From positions 124,126,001-124,190,000 of the forward strand of contig CM059432.1 of the NCBI GenBank assembly GCA_030390025.1: a DNA stretch of 64,000 nt. Direction: 5' to 3'. Positions 12,798-24,945 of this stretch are shown here, piece by piece. Position numbers and translations under genes: made by a program. The notes below the pieces were generated by a model that saw only the letters and a program-made list of their open reading frames with translations, made no database searches and had not been told where the DNA came from. The DNA comes from Squalus acanthias. Its lineage: Eukaryota. Numbering within the stretch: the stretch's first letter is position 1; each line of letters opens with the position of its first letter.

Positions 12798-14100
12798 TGT
12801 AATGGAATAGCTATATTTCAGAAAAATACACCATCCTATGAACAGAATTCAGACTTTATTAAAATATGACAAACTGGGGTTAAAAATCTAAAAGCCTCAA
12901 CGTCACAAAGCTGTAAACACCATATAGGCTTTTGAGATAAAGATTGGTTATTGACACTGAGACAATGGCCTATTGAAGAAGCAAAGAGTTGGTTCCAAGG
13001 AGTCTGCAGTTTGGAACCAACACAATAGCTATACCCAGTTTCAAGTGTTAAAAATTAACACGTCGAACAGAAACACAGAACATTACATTGAAGAAGCAAA
13101 GAGTTGGTTCCAAGGAGTCTGTAGTTTGGAACCAACACAATAGCAATGCCCAAGTAAAGTGTTAAAAAATAACACTTCAAACAAGAAACACAGAACATTA
13201 AAAAACCATGTGCCTTTGTAAAAGTTACATCAAATGAAACAGGAAACACGATTATATATACAACCAATTGAAGTAGCTAAGAAATGCAAAGAACACCCTA
13301 GATGAAGTGTTTTTAATTTACATGTTGTAAAAGATACCTGCAGAAGACTTTGAAAATATTACATCAATAGATGTACCAAGCAATCACATTGTTTATGTGT
13401 TGAACTTGGAACACAAGGAGACGAGAAGTCTGTAATACAAGCAGTTAAGCCAATATTAAGAATTGAATTGAAGACCTTCGAAAGAATGGCATCAAAGAGA
13501 TAAATCTGTAATAACTATTTTATATGATAAGTTTTTGAAACACCTATACAGCAGACAGAATTCTGCAAGCTAACAGCTGAATTAACAGTAAGAATAGAAA
13601 GAAGTCAACAGAGGTATGGCTAGAGATAATTAGCTTACATCAGCAGAAAACTTCAAAGGATAAACCACTAAAAAAAGGTATAAAATAGAGCTTTTCAGAT
13701 AGAAAGTCAGAAGTCGCTGGAAAGGCAAGCGATTCTCGCCTTCAGAACCACTCTGTAGGCCTACAACTCTTTGAGTCTTGGGTAATCAAGGTATTTGATT
13801 TTGGTGGATATTCTGGATTAAGAATAAGTAGAAGTATGGAAATGTAACGAAGTTAAGATTTGAGAATAAGGATCTCTGATAAGAAATGTAAGCTATTTGT
13901 ATTTTGAACTGTTAAAGTTGCAATTGAATCAACAGCTGGTAACTACATGTCGGCTCTTTAATAAATCTATATATTTTTTAAATTGTCTCACAGAGTATTT
14001 CTGTATCAAACTCGCGAACTTAATTTCTGTACACTATTCTGTAAGGAGTTGCAGAATTCTGGGGGGTTTTCCGGACCCTCATAATATCCGGAAGGTTACA
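12798..14100 (+). mobile_element. Candidate solo LTR (boundaries uncertain)
   Basis: TGTAA start, ...GTTACA end, tandem 115-bp duplication upstream, TATAAAA at ~13679, AATAAA at ~13960; no convincing TSD. Confidence 0.3.
12972..13200 (+). repeat. 115-bp direct tandem duplication, each unit with an 11-bp inverted repeat
   Basis: Units start at 12972 and 13087 (attgaagaagcaaagagttggttccaagg...cagaacatta). Confidence 0.9.
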
Positions 14101-14799
14101 GTCTAGTTAAACTTGTTAAAAGTGCTATCCGGAGGATGGTAACATCTTCAGGTCATTTCTTTCCTTTAGGGAGAGGTAGTCTGACCTTTAGACCCAATTA
14201 AGCGTCTCTAGGATTCGGCTACCGCTAACTTTAGTTGAAGGTGAACATCTGGGGAATACGCCTGATCTGGGGTAGCCCAAGAAGGGCTAGGACTTGTAAT
14301 TATCCCTTTATCCTCTCACATGACTATTTCTGTTCATAAGGTTTCAACTGCGATAGGACTTGATATAACCATTCCAAGGGCATGAGGTCACTGGGCAAGG
14401 ATTTTAAGCTGGTTATAAATGCTGTGAAGATTGATTTTTTTGTTTTGAGGATGTTCTTTGATTTGATCATCTTTCTTTTCTTTTCAAGTATCTTTCATTA
14501 AGAAGTGTTAAACATTTTGCTAGTCTTGAGACAGTGCAGCAGATGGTGCTTCTGTTTATGGGTAGCATCTGGTTATATGTTGCAATTTACATGTAGTAAC
14601 TATTTGCTGACATGTACCACTGATCGCCAGTAGCCCACGCAGCCCGTTACAGTTAATTGATTGAACTGCAATGACATTATACAACATGACAGAAGATAAT
14701 TTGATAGAATTTTGTGATAGTAGTATAATCACACGAAGACTTTTGCAGCTGTAATAACAGCTCGCTACTGAAAATGAGACATTTGAATATTGAAAGAAG

Positions 14800-15830
14800 T
14801 TGACCTTGTTAATAGTTCCCTCTCCTCAGGCACTATCCCCCTTACTTTCAAAGCTCCATTCATCACCCCACCCCTTCAAAATAAAACATCCTTGATAACT
14901 CTGTCCTTGCAAACTACCATCCCATCTCCAGCCTCCCTTTCCTCCCCAAAGTCTTTGGACATGCTGTTCCCCGAACTCCTGCAGCTCCCTGTTTCATGCT
15001 CTGCAATTAGGTTTCTACCCTTCTGAAGCATCGAACTGGCCCTAACCAAAGTCATGAATGACATTTTCTGTGACTGTGATTGAGGTGCATTATCCCTCCT
15101 CGACCTCTTTACAGCCTAGACCACATCATCTTTCTCCAACGCCTCTCTTCCACTGCCCAGCTCAGTGGGACTACCTTTGCTTGGTTCCACTCTTACCTAT
15201 CATAACGTAACCAGGGCATCTCAGCCAATGTATCATCCTTCCACTCCCTTACCATCACCGTGGGAGTCCCCCAAAGATCCAGATTTGGCCCACTCTTCTT
15301 CTGTATCTATATACTGCCTTTTGTTGACATCATCCACACACATGGGATACGCTTTCACATGTACACTGAAATATTCAGCTCTACCTTTTCACCACCTCTT
15401 GTGACCACTCCAGTGCCTCTGTGCTATCAGACTGCTTGTCTCATATCCAGTCTTGGATGAGCTGCAAATTTCTCTAACTAAAGATTGGGAAGACTAAAAC
15501 CATCGTCTTCTGTCCCTACTCTCAACTCCCTCAATGGCCTCACCCCTTGCTATAATTGTAAGCTCCTCCAGCACTACAAGCCCTGCCCCACACTCGCCGT
15601 TCCTCTAACTTCGGCCTCTTATGCATTCCCCTCCTTTCACCCCACCATTAGCGGCCATGCCTTCAGTCACATAGGCCCCATGATCTGGAATTCCCTGCCT
15701 ATATCCCTTCACCTCCTCCTCCTCCTCCTTTAAGACCCTGCTTAAAACCCACCTTTATGACAAAGCTTCCTTACACCTCTGTGAAGTGCATTAGGATGTT
15801 TTTCTATGTTAAAGACATGATATAAATGCA
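14800..15830 (+). mobile_element. Degenerate L2 LINE fragment
   Basis: RT remnants (VNSSLSSG, GVPQRSRFGPLFF); L2 3' end tgtgaagtgcattaggatgttttt...tataaatgca. Confidence 0.8.
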
Positions 15831-16770
15831 TAGAAATTAAGCATTATAGCTCAACAATGTGCATGTCTCCCAAACATGTGTTTGCTCTGTGCTAATGAGA
15901 CATGAAAATTCTGGCAAAATCTTCAGTGCGCAATTGAAGACACAGACATAATTGATGCATTGTTTTGATTAATTGAAATTTGAATGACTCAATCCTTGGA
16001 CTTGACTCAATCATTTAGTCTCTATTTAACGTGGCAATGCCGTAGTGTAGAAGCTCATACCCATCACTCAGTCAGTACATTATTGCTTAAATAATTACTT
16101 GGTTAAAAAGGACCCACTCAAATGTCTTACTGCACAGATTGCATCTTTCATCTCCATGCCCACAAGGAGCTGTTGTGTATCTTGTCATTACAGCATTAAT
16201 GAACAGTGTTCAGAATGTTGCTGGTTTTCCTTTACCAGTTTTACATAAAGAATAACAATCTGGGAGTTTTTTTAATGAGAATGTGACAGGTTCAAAGAGT
16301 TTGGATGATGTTATAAACCACAAGACTGAAGCTTGAGAAGTTTGCATAATTACGCAAACCTTGAGGGTATGAAACAGTCTTAAAAGACACTCTCAAGCTG
16401 TTTTTTAAATTATTTTGCAAAATACAGTTTTATGCTTATTCATTTTCCACCACCATTTCTTCTGCCATTAACCACTGACATGACAATCAAGTTTCACTAT
16501 CAAGTTCCATGTGATTGGAAGATAGGGGCCTAGAAATTTGGGGGTTTAGCGTCGGCCGTTAAGGACCGTTTTGAAGAAAAAATGGCGGCCGCCTCGCTTC
16601 TGGCAAGTCTCGCGACGGCCACCATTTTGGGCAGGTCAGCAGCGCTGCCATTGCCTGCGCTCGCTGCAAAAATGGAAATGAGGTAGATAGTGAAGTCAAT
16701 GACTGTGCAATGCTCATTTGACGCGCGATCTGCCATTTTCGCCGTTGCTGCTCCACTTACCGCCCTTTCT

Positions 16771-18722
16771 CATAAGAACATAATAAATAGGAGCAGGAGT
16801 AGGCCATTTGGCCCTTCGAGCCTACCCCATCATTCAACAAGATCATGGCTGATCTTCTACCTCAACTCCACCTTCCCGCACTATCCCCATATCCCTTAAT
16901 TCCCTTAGTTCCCAAAAATCTATCGACCCCTGTTTTGAATATACTCAACGACTGAGCATCCACAGCTCTCTGGGGTAGAGAATTCCAAAGATTCACAACC
17001 CTTTGAGTGAAGAAATTTCTCCTCATCTCAGTCCTAAATTGCCGACCCCTTATTCTGAGAGTGTGACCCCGTGTTCTAGATTCCCTAGCCAGGGGAAACA
17101 TTTTCTCAGCATTAACCCTGTCAAGCCCATTAAGAATTTTATATGTTTCAATTAGATCACCTCTCATTCTTCTAAACTCTAGGGAATGTAGGCCAAGTCT
17201 ACTCAATCTCTCCTCATAGGGCAATCCCCTCATCCCAGGAACCAGTCTAGTGAACCTTCGTTGCACTCCCTCTATGGCAAGTATGTCTTTCCTTAGATAA
17301 AGAGACCAGAACTGTACACAATACTCCAGGTGTGGCCCCACCAATGCCCTGGATAATTGTAGTAAGACTTCTTTACTCTTATACTCTAAACCCTTTGTAA
17401 CAAAAGCTAACATACCATTTGCTTTCCTAATTGCTTGCTGTACAAGCATGTTAACTTTCTGCGATTCATGTACAAAGACACCCAGGTCCCTCTGAATGCA
17501 AACTTTCCCAGTCTCTCACCATTCAAAAAATATTCTTCTCTTTTGTTTTTCCTACCAAAGTGGATAACTTCACACTTCCCCACATTGTATTCCATTTGCC
17601 ATGTCCTTGCCCACTCAGTCAACCTGTCTATATCTCTCTGCAGCCTCTTTGCGTCCTCCAAACAGCTTACTTTCCCACCTAACTTTGTATCATCAGCAAA
17701 CTTGGATACGTTACACTCAGTCCTTTCATCGAAGTCATTAATATAGATTGTAAATAGCTGAGGCCCAAGCACTGATCCTTGCGGTACTCCACTAGCTGCA
17801 GCCTGCCAACCCGAAAAAGTTCAGTTTATTCCTTATCTCTGTTTTCTGTCCATTAACCAATCCTCAATCCATGCTCATATATTACCCCCAATCCCATGAG
17901 TCTTAATTTTGTGTAATAACCCCTTGTGTGGCACCTTTTCGAATGCTTTTTGAAAATCCAAATATACTACATCCATTGGTTCCCCCTTATCCATCCTATT
18001 AGTTACATCTTCAAAAAACTAACAGATTTGTCAAACACAATTTCTCTTTCATAAAACCATGTTGACTCTGCCTAATCATTTTACGATTTTCTAAGTACCC
18101 TGTTATCACATCCCTAATAATCGATTCTAGCATTTTGCCTATTACTGATGTCAGGCTACCTGACCTATAGTTCCCCATTTTTTCTCTTCCTCCTTTCTTA
18201 AATAGCAGGGTTATGTTTGCTACCTTCCAATCCTTGGGAACTGTATTAGAATATAGGGAATTCTGGAAGATTAATACAAGTGCATCCACTATCTCTGCAG
18301 CTACCTCTTTTAAAACCCTAGGATGCAGGTCATTAGGTCCAAGGGATTTGTCGCCAGTACTGTGTCTTTAATAATACTGATTTCTTTAAGTTCCTCATTC
18401 TCTCGAGACCCTTGGTTCTCCATTATTTCCGGAAAGTTTTTTGTGTCTTCTACCATGAAGACAGATATTTGTTTAATGTCTCTGCCATTTCCTTATTGCC
18501 CATTATAATTTCTCCTGTCTCTGCCTCTAATGGGCCCACATATACTTTCACTAATCTCTTCCTATTTACATACCTATAGAAGTGTTTACAATCTGTTTTT
18601 ATGTCTCATGCTAATTTATTCTCATATTCTTTTTTCTCTTTCCTTATCAATTTCTTGGTCCTCCTTTGCAGAATTCTAAAATCCTCCCAATCCTCAGGCT
18701 TTTGGCAACATTATAAGCCTCT
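16771..18722 (-). mobile_element. CR1 LINE, 5'-truncated, inserted in Harbinger B
   Basis: ORFs 16862..17449, 17407..17772 (SKFADDTKL) and 18011..18289 are CR1 RT; TTCTTATG tail at 16771. Confidence 0.95.
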
Positions 18723-18979
18723 CTCAATCACGACCAGCGTTCAGCAGCCGGAAGGAGTCTCCAGCAGCGATATTTAAAGGGATCATCAACAATTTGCAGC
18801 TGACATGGTTTCTCAGTTTGACTGGCTCTGTGTAAGTTTCTGCAACTCTTGCAACTTTCTAAACTTGTTTAAAGTTCCTGAGGTGACAGAGAATGTTGGT
18901 GCAAGTGGAGAATGCCTTCATTCTTATTTAAAGGCTTCTGCTCACAACACTTGTTCACAGTCATGAGGCAGTCCCTCTC

Positions 18980-20122
18980 ATGCTCGAGTATCTTTGGGAG
19001 ATGGAGTGGAGGCAGCGAAGAAGTGGAGAAGATGCACGCAGAGGGAGGAGGAGGAGGGCTCTCAACAGGAGGCCTTACCCACCTAGGGTCTTCCGAGAGC
19101 ACTTCTCTTATCTCCACTTAAGCGAGGAGCAGTGTATTAGGAGGCACCACTTCACCAAGGAGGTGGTCACAGAACTCTGCCACCTCCTGCAACCAGACCT
19201 GCAGCCTCAGAGCAGGGCAACAATGGCTCTCCCAGTGACCCTCATCGTCACCGTGGCTCTCAGTTTCTTCACCAGTGGATCCTTCCAGTCTGCAGCAGGA
19301 GACATAGCTAACATCTCCCAGTTCACCATCCATCGCTGCATCCGGGAGGTCAAAGAGGCTCTGTACTCCAGGAGAAGGGACTACGTTGTCTTCTCTCTGA
19401 ACAGAGAGAAACAGGAGGAATGCGCATGTGGCTTTGCCAGGATATCGGGCTTCTCCATGGTGCAGGGTGCCATTGACTGCACACATGTAGCTTTGCGGGC
19501 ACCATCTAACAATTCTGAGATGTTCCATAACCATAAAGGCTACCACTCACTTAATGTGCAGTTGTTGTGTGACCACAGCCAGCGCATCATGATGGTGAAT
19601 GCCCACTATCCTGCAGCAGTCATGATGCCTTCATTCTCCGCCAGTCCGGTGTGCCAGCAATCTTCCCAGCCACCACGTCAAACCCGAGGGTGGCTGCTCG
19701 GAGACAAGGGCTATTTGCTCTGCACATGGCTGATGACTCCCCTCCGCAACCCCAACACTCGTGCCCAGCACTCATATAATGAGAGCCATGCTTCCACCAG
19801 GAACATCATTGAACAGACCATCGAGCTACGGAAGCAATGGTTTCGCTGCCTTGACTGCTTGGGAGGAGCCCTCCAGTACTCGGCGGAGTGGGTGTCCCAT
19901 TTTGTGGTGATCTGCTGCATGCTTCACAACTTCACCATCATGAGGGTACAACCCTTGCCACGAGGGATTGCGGGACCACCTCAGAAGGAGGAAGAGGACG
20001 AGGACGAGGATGAGGAGGAGGAGCAGGAAGAGGAAGAGGAGGGGGAGGAGGAAGAGGAAGAGGAGGGAGGGAGGAGGCAGGTAGCCGTGAATGCCTCAAC
20101 AGACTCCGATTCCAGTGAATGA
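18980..20122 (+). pseudogene. Harbinger DDE transposase (HARBI1-like, DDE_Tnp_4 family), open ORF with an internal frameshift pair
   Basis: GAIDCTH, LLGDKGY, NIIEQT triad; VALSFFTSGSFQ HTH region; acidic tail; the GSxHD segment is read out of frame. Confidence 0.9.
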
Positions 20123-20284
20123 AACCCCAGATCGATGTTGCTCACCACTTCCCCATCATACCACCCCTCTGTCACAGAATATCACAGCTCCCTCCTGGGC
20201 ACAAAGCTGAAACGAGAGCCACCACAAAACACACATTCCAAACAAAAATCATAAATTAATCCAATTCCAATCAACATTACAATA

Positions 20285-21584
20285 TCAACATTTCCATCCT
20301 GGGAATCCTGGGCTCCAAGCTGTGCGCAAAGCCCCGTGCAATGTTGGAGCCGAACTCCTCCATGCTCCTTGACACTGACAAGAGGCTCTCTGGCAGGCTT
20401 GCCATTGCACCAAGCATTTCTGTGTGCATGCCCATCACCCTTCTTCTGAAGGCCGCCCCATCGAGGTCCTCATCTGAGTCGTGTACAGCAGAATTTGTGC
20501 GCGAACTCAAACTCCGGGGAGCTGGCCCCCGAGCGACACTTTCCCCCTGGCCTTGCTGCAACCCACTCATGCCCAGTGCCTCACCATGTGCAGATTCCTA
20601 TAATACCCTCTAAATTCCGCGCAGTGGCATTTTCTGAGCTGGAGTCTCCGAGTGTCAGATGCAGTGCCCCTGTGTCTTCTTCTTCTCCTCCATCACTCTC
20701 CTCCACAAGTTCAGGGACAGGCTGGCCTGCTGGCAGTTCTTGGGTATCTGATAGCAGACAGGCACAAGGGTTGGGTTGTGGTGAGGGGCGTAGGGGGAAA
20801 GCAAGATATCATGCATACACCATCAGCAACTTGTCAGTGAGAAGAGATTGTGGGATGAGGGGGAAGTGGGATATGAGAAGAAGGATTAGGTATGACCATA
20901 CCATCATTATCAGCAACGGCTTCAACTTTTCCTATTGCCACGGACTCCGTCACTGTCCCTCCAATTATGTCAAGGACGAATTCCTCCAGGTCAGTGAGGT
21001 TCTGTATTGCGGTTTGGCCGCCTCTTGTCTTGCGCTGCTCTCTCCCGTTATGTGCCACCTTTGCCTACAAGAGAAAGGGAAGTGTGTCAGTGAGTGTGGT
21101 GCAATGTGTTTGGGTGATGTGCTTGCCTTAGTTGAATAGCTGTCAGTGTGTGCAAGGTATGAGATGTGGGTGTGAGTGTTGCAGCAGTGGTAAGGTTGTG
21201 AGGGTGAAGTGAAGCCATGATTGTGAGGTATCAGTGGTGATAGCTCGAGATTGTTGGTAGGTGAGTGATGGGGGTGTGGTGCATTGAGCAGTGTGTGAGG
21301 CTTGTGGTGCAGATGGTGGGATATGGCATTTGCTGAAGCCTTCACTCACCTTGACCTGCCTTGTGAGGTCATTAAACATTTTCCGGCCCTGGATCCAGAT
21401 CCTTGGGACCACACTGGTGGCCATGACGGAATTAGCCATCTCCTCCCATAGCCTTCTACAAGTGGCCTTGGATGGCTTCCTGCCACACTACGGGTACAGG
21501 ACAACCTGCCTTCATTGTTCGGCCATGACCAAGGCCTCCAGTGCAACATACGAGAACCTTTGTGCTCGTCAGTTGCTGAGCCAT
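20285..21584 (-). pseudogene. Harbinger Myb/SANT-like DNA-binding gene B (exons 21584-21350, 21064-20902, 20747-~20285)
   Basis: PRIWIQGRKMFNDLTRQVK followed by a GTGAGT donor; exon 2 MAHNGREQRKTRGG...LTDLEE; frameshifted and 3'-truncated. Confidence 0.8.
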
Positions 21585-21978
21585 GTCTTAATCCACAAGG
21601 AAAATTAGGTGCTTCTGCAACAAAGCACCTCCCCTTTAAGTAATGGAGAGAGCCTCGGCCAAACATACAGGCCATTAGCCTGCACCTGATATTGCCCCCG
21701 CCCCCCCACCCCCCCATTGAGCACTAAGCCAATTAGCAGTGCGTTTAGCGCTGAGATCAGTGCTCCAATCATTACAATGAGCAGGCAGCACGAATTTTGC
21801 ATGCTGCCTGCACCACTTTGAATGGGTGCAGGCAAATAGCGCTGGCCTGTGACACCGCCCATTTTCGGGCCTAATCCAATTTCTAGGCCAAAGTGTTTTA
21901 CAAAATGATGAAACACTCATTTATATACCCTATTTTACAGACATAGTGCTCCTTGTAAATGCTGCGTAAAAATACATT

Positions 21979-22110
21979 AGGCAAAACTTTCAACTTTTGG
22001 CGGGGGCGTAAATTTGACTTCAATGGAACGTAAAATCAGGCGGGGTGTATAACAGATGACCGATCTGTTACCGCCCGTCTACGTCCCCGCTGAAGTTGAA
22101 AGTTTTGCCC
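21979..22110. mobile_element. Harbinger-type MITE, 132 bp
   Basis: 18-bp TIR (a/g)GGCAAAACTTTCAACTT; 3-bp TSD ATT on both sides. Confidence 0.85.
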
Positions 22111-23326
22111 ATTTTTTGGGGGGCACTTTTCTCTTCTAAAGGCATGAACTTCCTCTGAGGTATGGTTCCATGGCCCCAGTCACCCACCAATACATCGCTC
22201 AACTGGCCATTCCTCATGTCGGAGCCTAGACAGTGAATGTCGGCAAGCTTGTTAACCATAAGGAGGCATCACAGCCAAGCCTAATCCTGACCTCATCTGA
22301 TGTTGAGATACTTCCACTTTGTAGCAGGGATAACTGAACAGCTCTCAGGACTAAGGTCCCTGACTGATTTATCCCTCTCTAACCCAAAGCACTGCGGCCA
22401 ATTGTAGTGCCTCTACTAACCATTTCATTTCAGGTCAGTGAATTAAACCTTTTGGTCTTTATAGCTAAGTTATATGTTGTAGCAATACCGTCTTTAAAGC
22501 TTTGATGCTCCTCACTATATATTATAGAATAACAAGCTCTATTTTACTGACTTGAGGATTTGAATTGTGTGCAATTATAAGGCTGCATAATTATTTACAC
22601 AAATGAATTTTCCTTTTCAAGTCTTCCACCTTTCTAATGAATGTAGTGTATTCTATTTCATGCACTGGGACCAAACTGTATTCTAAGTTACTGAATATTA
22701 TTCCACTTGAAATGCAAATGTCTGACCACTATAAAAGTAAAGAAAAAATCAGCAATACAATGAGTGAAATGTCACGTCAATGTTTCAGTCACAAAGTAAA
22801 GATCATCACAAAATAATTTTTAACACAAAACCATTGCAAACAATAGACTTCTGGATATCTGCAGCTGCTTTGTATGTCTGCAATAAACCCTTTATTTCAG
22901 ATTCTAGAGTGAACAATGAACCAATTACCAGTGGTTGTTTATCATTGGAATGTTAAAGTGAACATCAAAAACAAAGTACAGACATTTCAATTTCCCCGAG
23001 CAGCTGCACACTCTCTCAAACAGCAACAACACCAATCAATATATGCAAATTGAATGTACATAATGTGACAGATAGTAAATAGCTACTTTGTGCATTAGCA
23101 CTGAACAAAAGCACTTAGGTGGATCCAAATCTACCTGCAGTCTCTGCTTCCTAACCACACTTACAATTCATAAGGCAAACAGAGACGTAACATGCCAGTA
23201 TTGTCTCAAGATAAGGTGCATGAACAGAGACCTGGGGGGTATATGTGCACAAATTGTTGAAGGTGGCAGGGCAGGTTGTGAAGGTGGTTAAAAAAGCTTA
23301 CAGGATCCTGGGCTTCATAAATAGAG

Positions 23327-23794
23327 AGGTCGCACAACACCAGGTTATAGTCCAACAGTTTTATTTGAAATCACAAGCTTTCGGAGCTATCGATTGCTCC
23401 TTCCTCAGGTGAAGTAAATTAGATACAGAATCGCCAAAGCATATATAGATAGAAAACAAAGCATGTGTACCTTACAATTGCAGACCACTAAATTAAATCA
23501 TCCTGACTATCTGCCGAGGTGTGATAAAGTTAATTAAGTCAGCCAGGAAGGTACCACATCAAAGACATAGCAAGATACAACTGAGACAATGAGGTGTAGT
23601 CGCAGGGGTTCTAACGTGTCAAAAGCTGCCGTCTGTATGTAAAACGAAAAGCTTTAAAATTTTTACTTTTTTACTGGGAAAATTTTTACTTTTTTACTGG
23701 GAATCACATCTGTGAACAAGCTAACGACGACTCGAGTCCGGATCACGTCATGTATCGTGACATAAACCCAAGATCCCGATTGAGACCGTCTTCA
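23327..23794 (-). mobile_element. Penelope-like element 3' fragment
   Basis: Minus strand encodes EDGLNRDLGFMSRY (GIY-YIG C-terminus), followed by a pLTR with hammerhead core and AATAAA; 13-bp TSD TTCATAAATAGAG (23314-23326, 23795-23807). Confidence 0.85.
23371..23412 (-). ncRNA. Minimal type I hammerhead ribozyme motif
   Basis: Minus strand TCAC-CTGAGGA-aGGAGC aatcgata GCTCC-GAAA-GCTT-GTGA: stem I TCAC/GTGA, stem II GGAGC/GCTCC, palindromic stem III. Confidence 0.75.
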
Positions 23795-24719
23795 TTCATA
23801 AATAGAGGCATAGAGTACAAAAGCAAGGAAGTTATGATGAGCCTTTATAAAACACTGGTCCGACCTCAACTGGAGTATTGTGTCCAATTCAGGGAACCGC
23901 ACTTTAGGAAGGATGTGAAGGCCTTAGTGAGGGTGCAGAAAAGATTTTACAAGAATGGTTCCAGGGATGAGGGACTTCAGTTACGTGGATAGACTGGAGA
24001 AGCTGGGGTTGTTCTCTTTGGAGCAGAGAAGGTTGAGAGGAGATTTGATAGAGGTGTTCAAAATCATGAGAGGTCTAGACAGAGGAGGTAGAGAGAAACT
24101 GTTCCTATTGGCGGAAGGGTTGAGAACCAGAGGACACAGATTTAAGGTGATTGGCCGAAGAACCGAAGGCGACATGAGGAAAAACTTTTTTACGCAGCGA
24201 GTGGTTAGGATCTGGAATGCACTGCCTGATAGGGTGGTGGAGGCAGACTCAATCATGGCTTTCAAAAGAGAATTGGATAGGTACCTGAAGGAAAGAAATT
24301 TGCAGGGCTACAGGGAAAGGGCGGGGGCATGTGACTAGCTGAAGTGTTCTTGCAGAGAGCCGGCACAGGCTCGATGGGCCGAATGGCCTCCTTCTGTGCT
24401 GTAACCATTCTATGATTCTATGTGTACGTTTTAGCATTAATAGTGAGAAATCCTGTAATGCTGCTCCAAGTTGTGCAGGATAGCGGCAGGAAATAAGCAA
24501 TGCCCAACCCTGCCTCTTCACACCAACCTTAGCTTTCCTCCCCCCCCCCCATCCCTGTGGGGACTGGTGCTGGCCAACCCCTGCCCCACCTTCTGCATCC
24601 AGATGTCAACAGCGCCTGGATTCCCCGCCCATTTTCTTCCCATCCACTCCCGTTGTATTGCTGCTCCCTGGAACTGCCAGACGAAGCCCAGCAATAGTCG
24701 CTGGGGTAGTGACCATAAG

Positions 24720-24945
24720 TAATACTTGGATTTATATCGCAGCTTTCACAACCTCAGGATGTCCCAAAGTGCTTTATGTCCAATGAAGTACTTTTGAAGT
24801 GTAGTCATTGTTGTAACGTAGGCAGTATGGCAGCCAATTAATGCACAGCAAGGCCCCACAAACGGCAATGAGATAGCGACCCGCTAATCTGTATTAGTGA
24901 TGTTGCTTGCGGGAAAAATACTGGCATGGGGAGCACTCCCCTGCT
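24720..24945 (-). mobile_element. Deu-domain SINE 3' half
   Basis: Reverse-complement match to 2690-2925. Confidence 0.8.

Larger units (their letters stand above)
16527..21889 (+). mobile_element. Harbinger transposon B (interrupted by a CR1)
   Basis: TIRs GGCCTAGAAATT (16527) and AATTTCTAGGCC (21889); transposase on plus, Myb gene on minus, convergent. Confidence 0.85.
23210..24422 (+). mobile_element. CR1 3' fragment interrupted by a Penelope insertion
   Basis: LGFINRGIEYKSKEV...LEYCVQF; ORF 23955..24338; (ATTCTATG)n tail. Confidence 0.9.

Noticed and set aside
18980..20122. Domesticated HARBI1 host gene
   Set aside because: Lies between TIRs next to a decayed Myb gene and has an out-of-frame conserved segment; it is a transposon copy.
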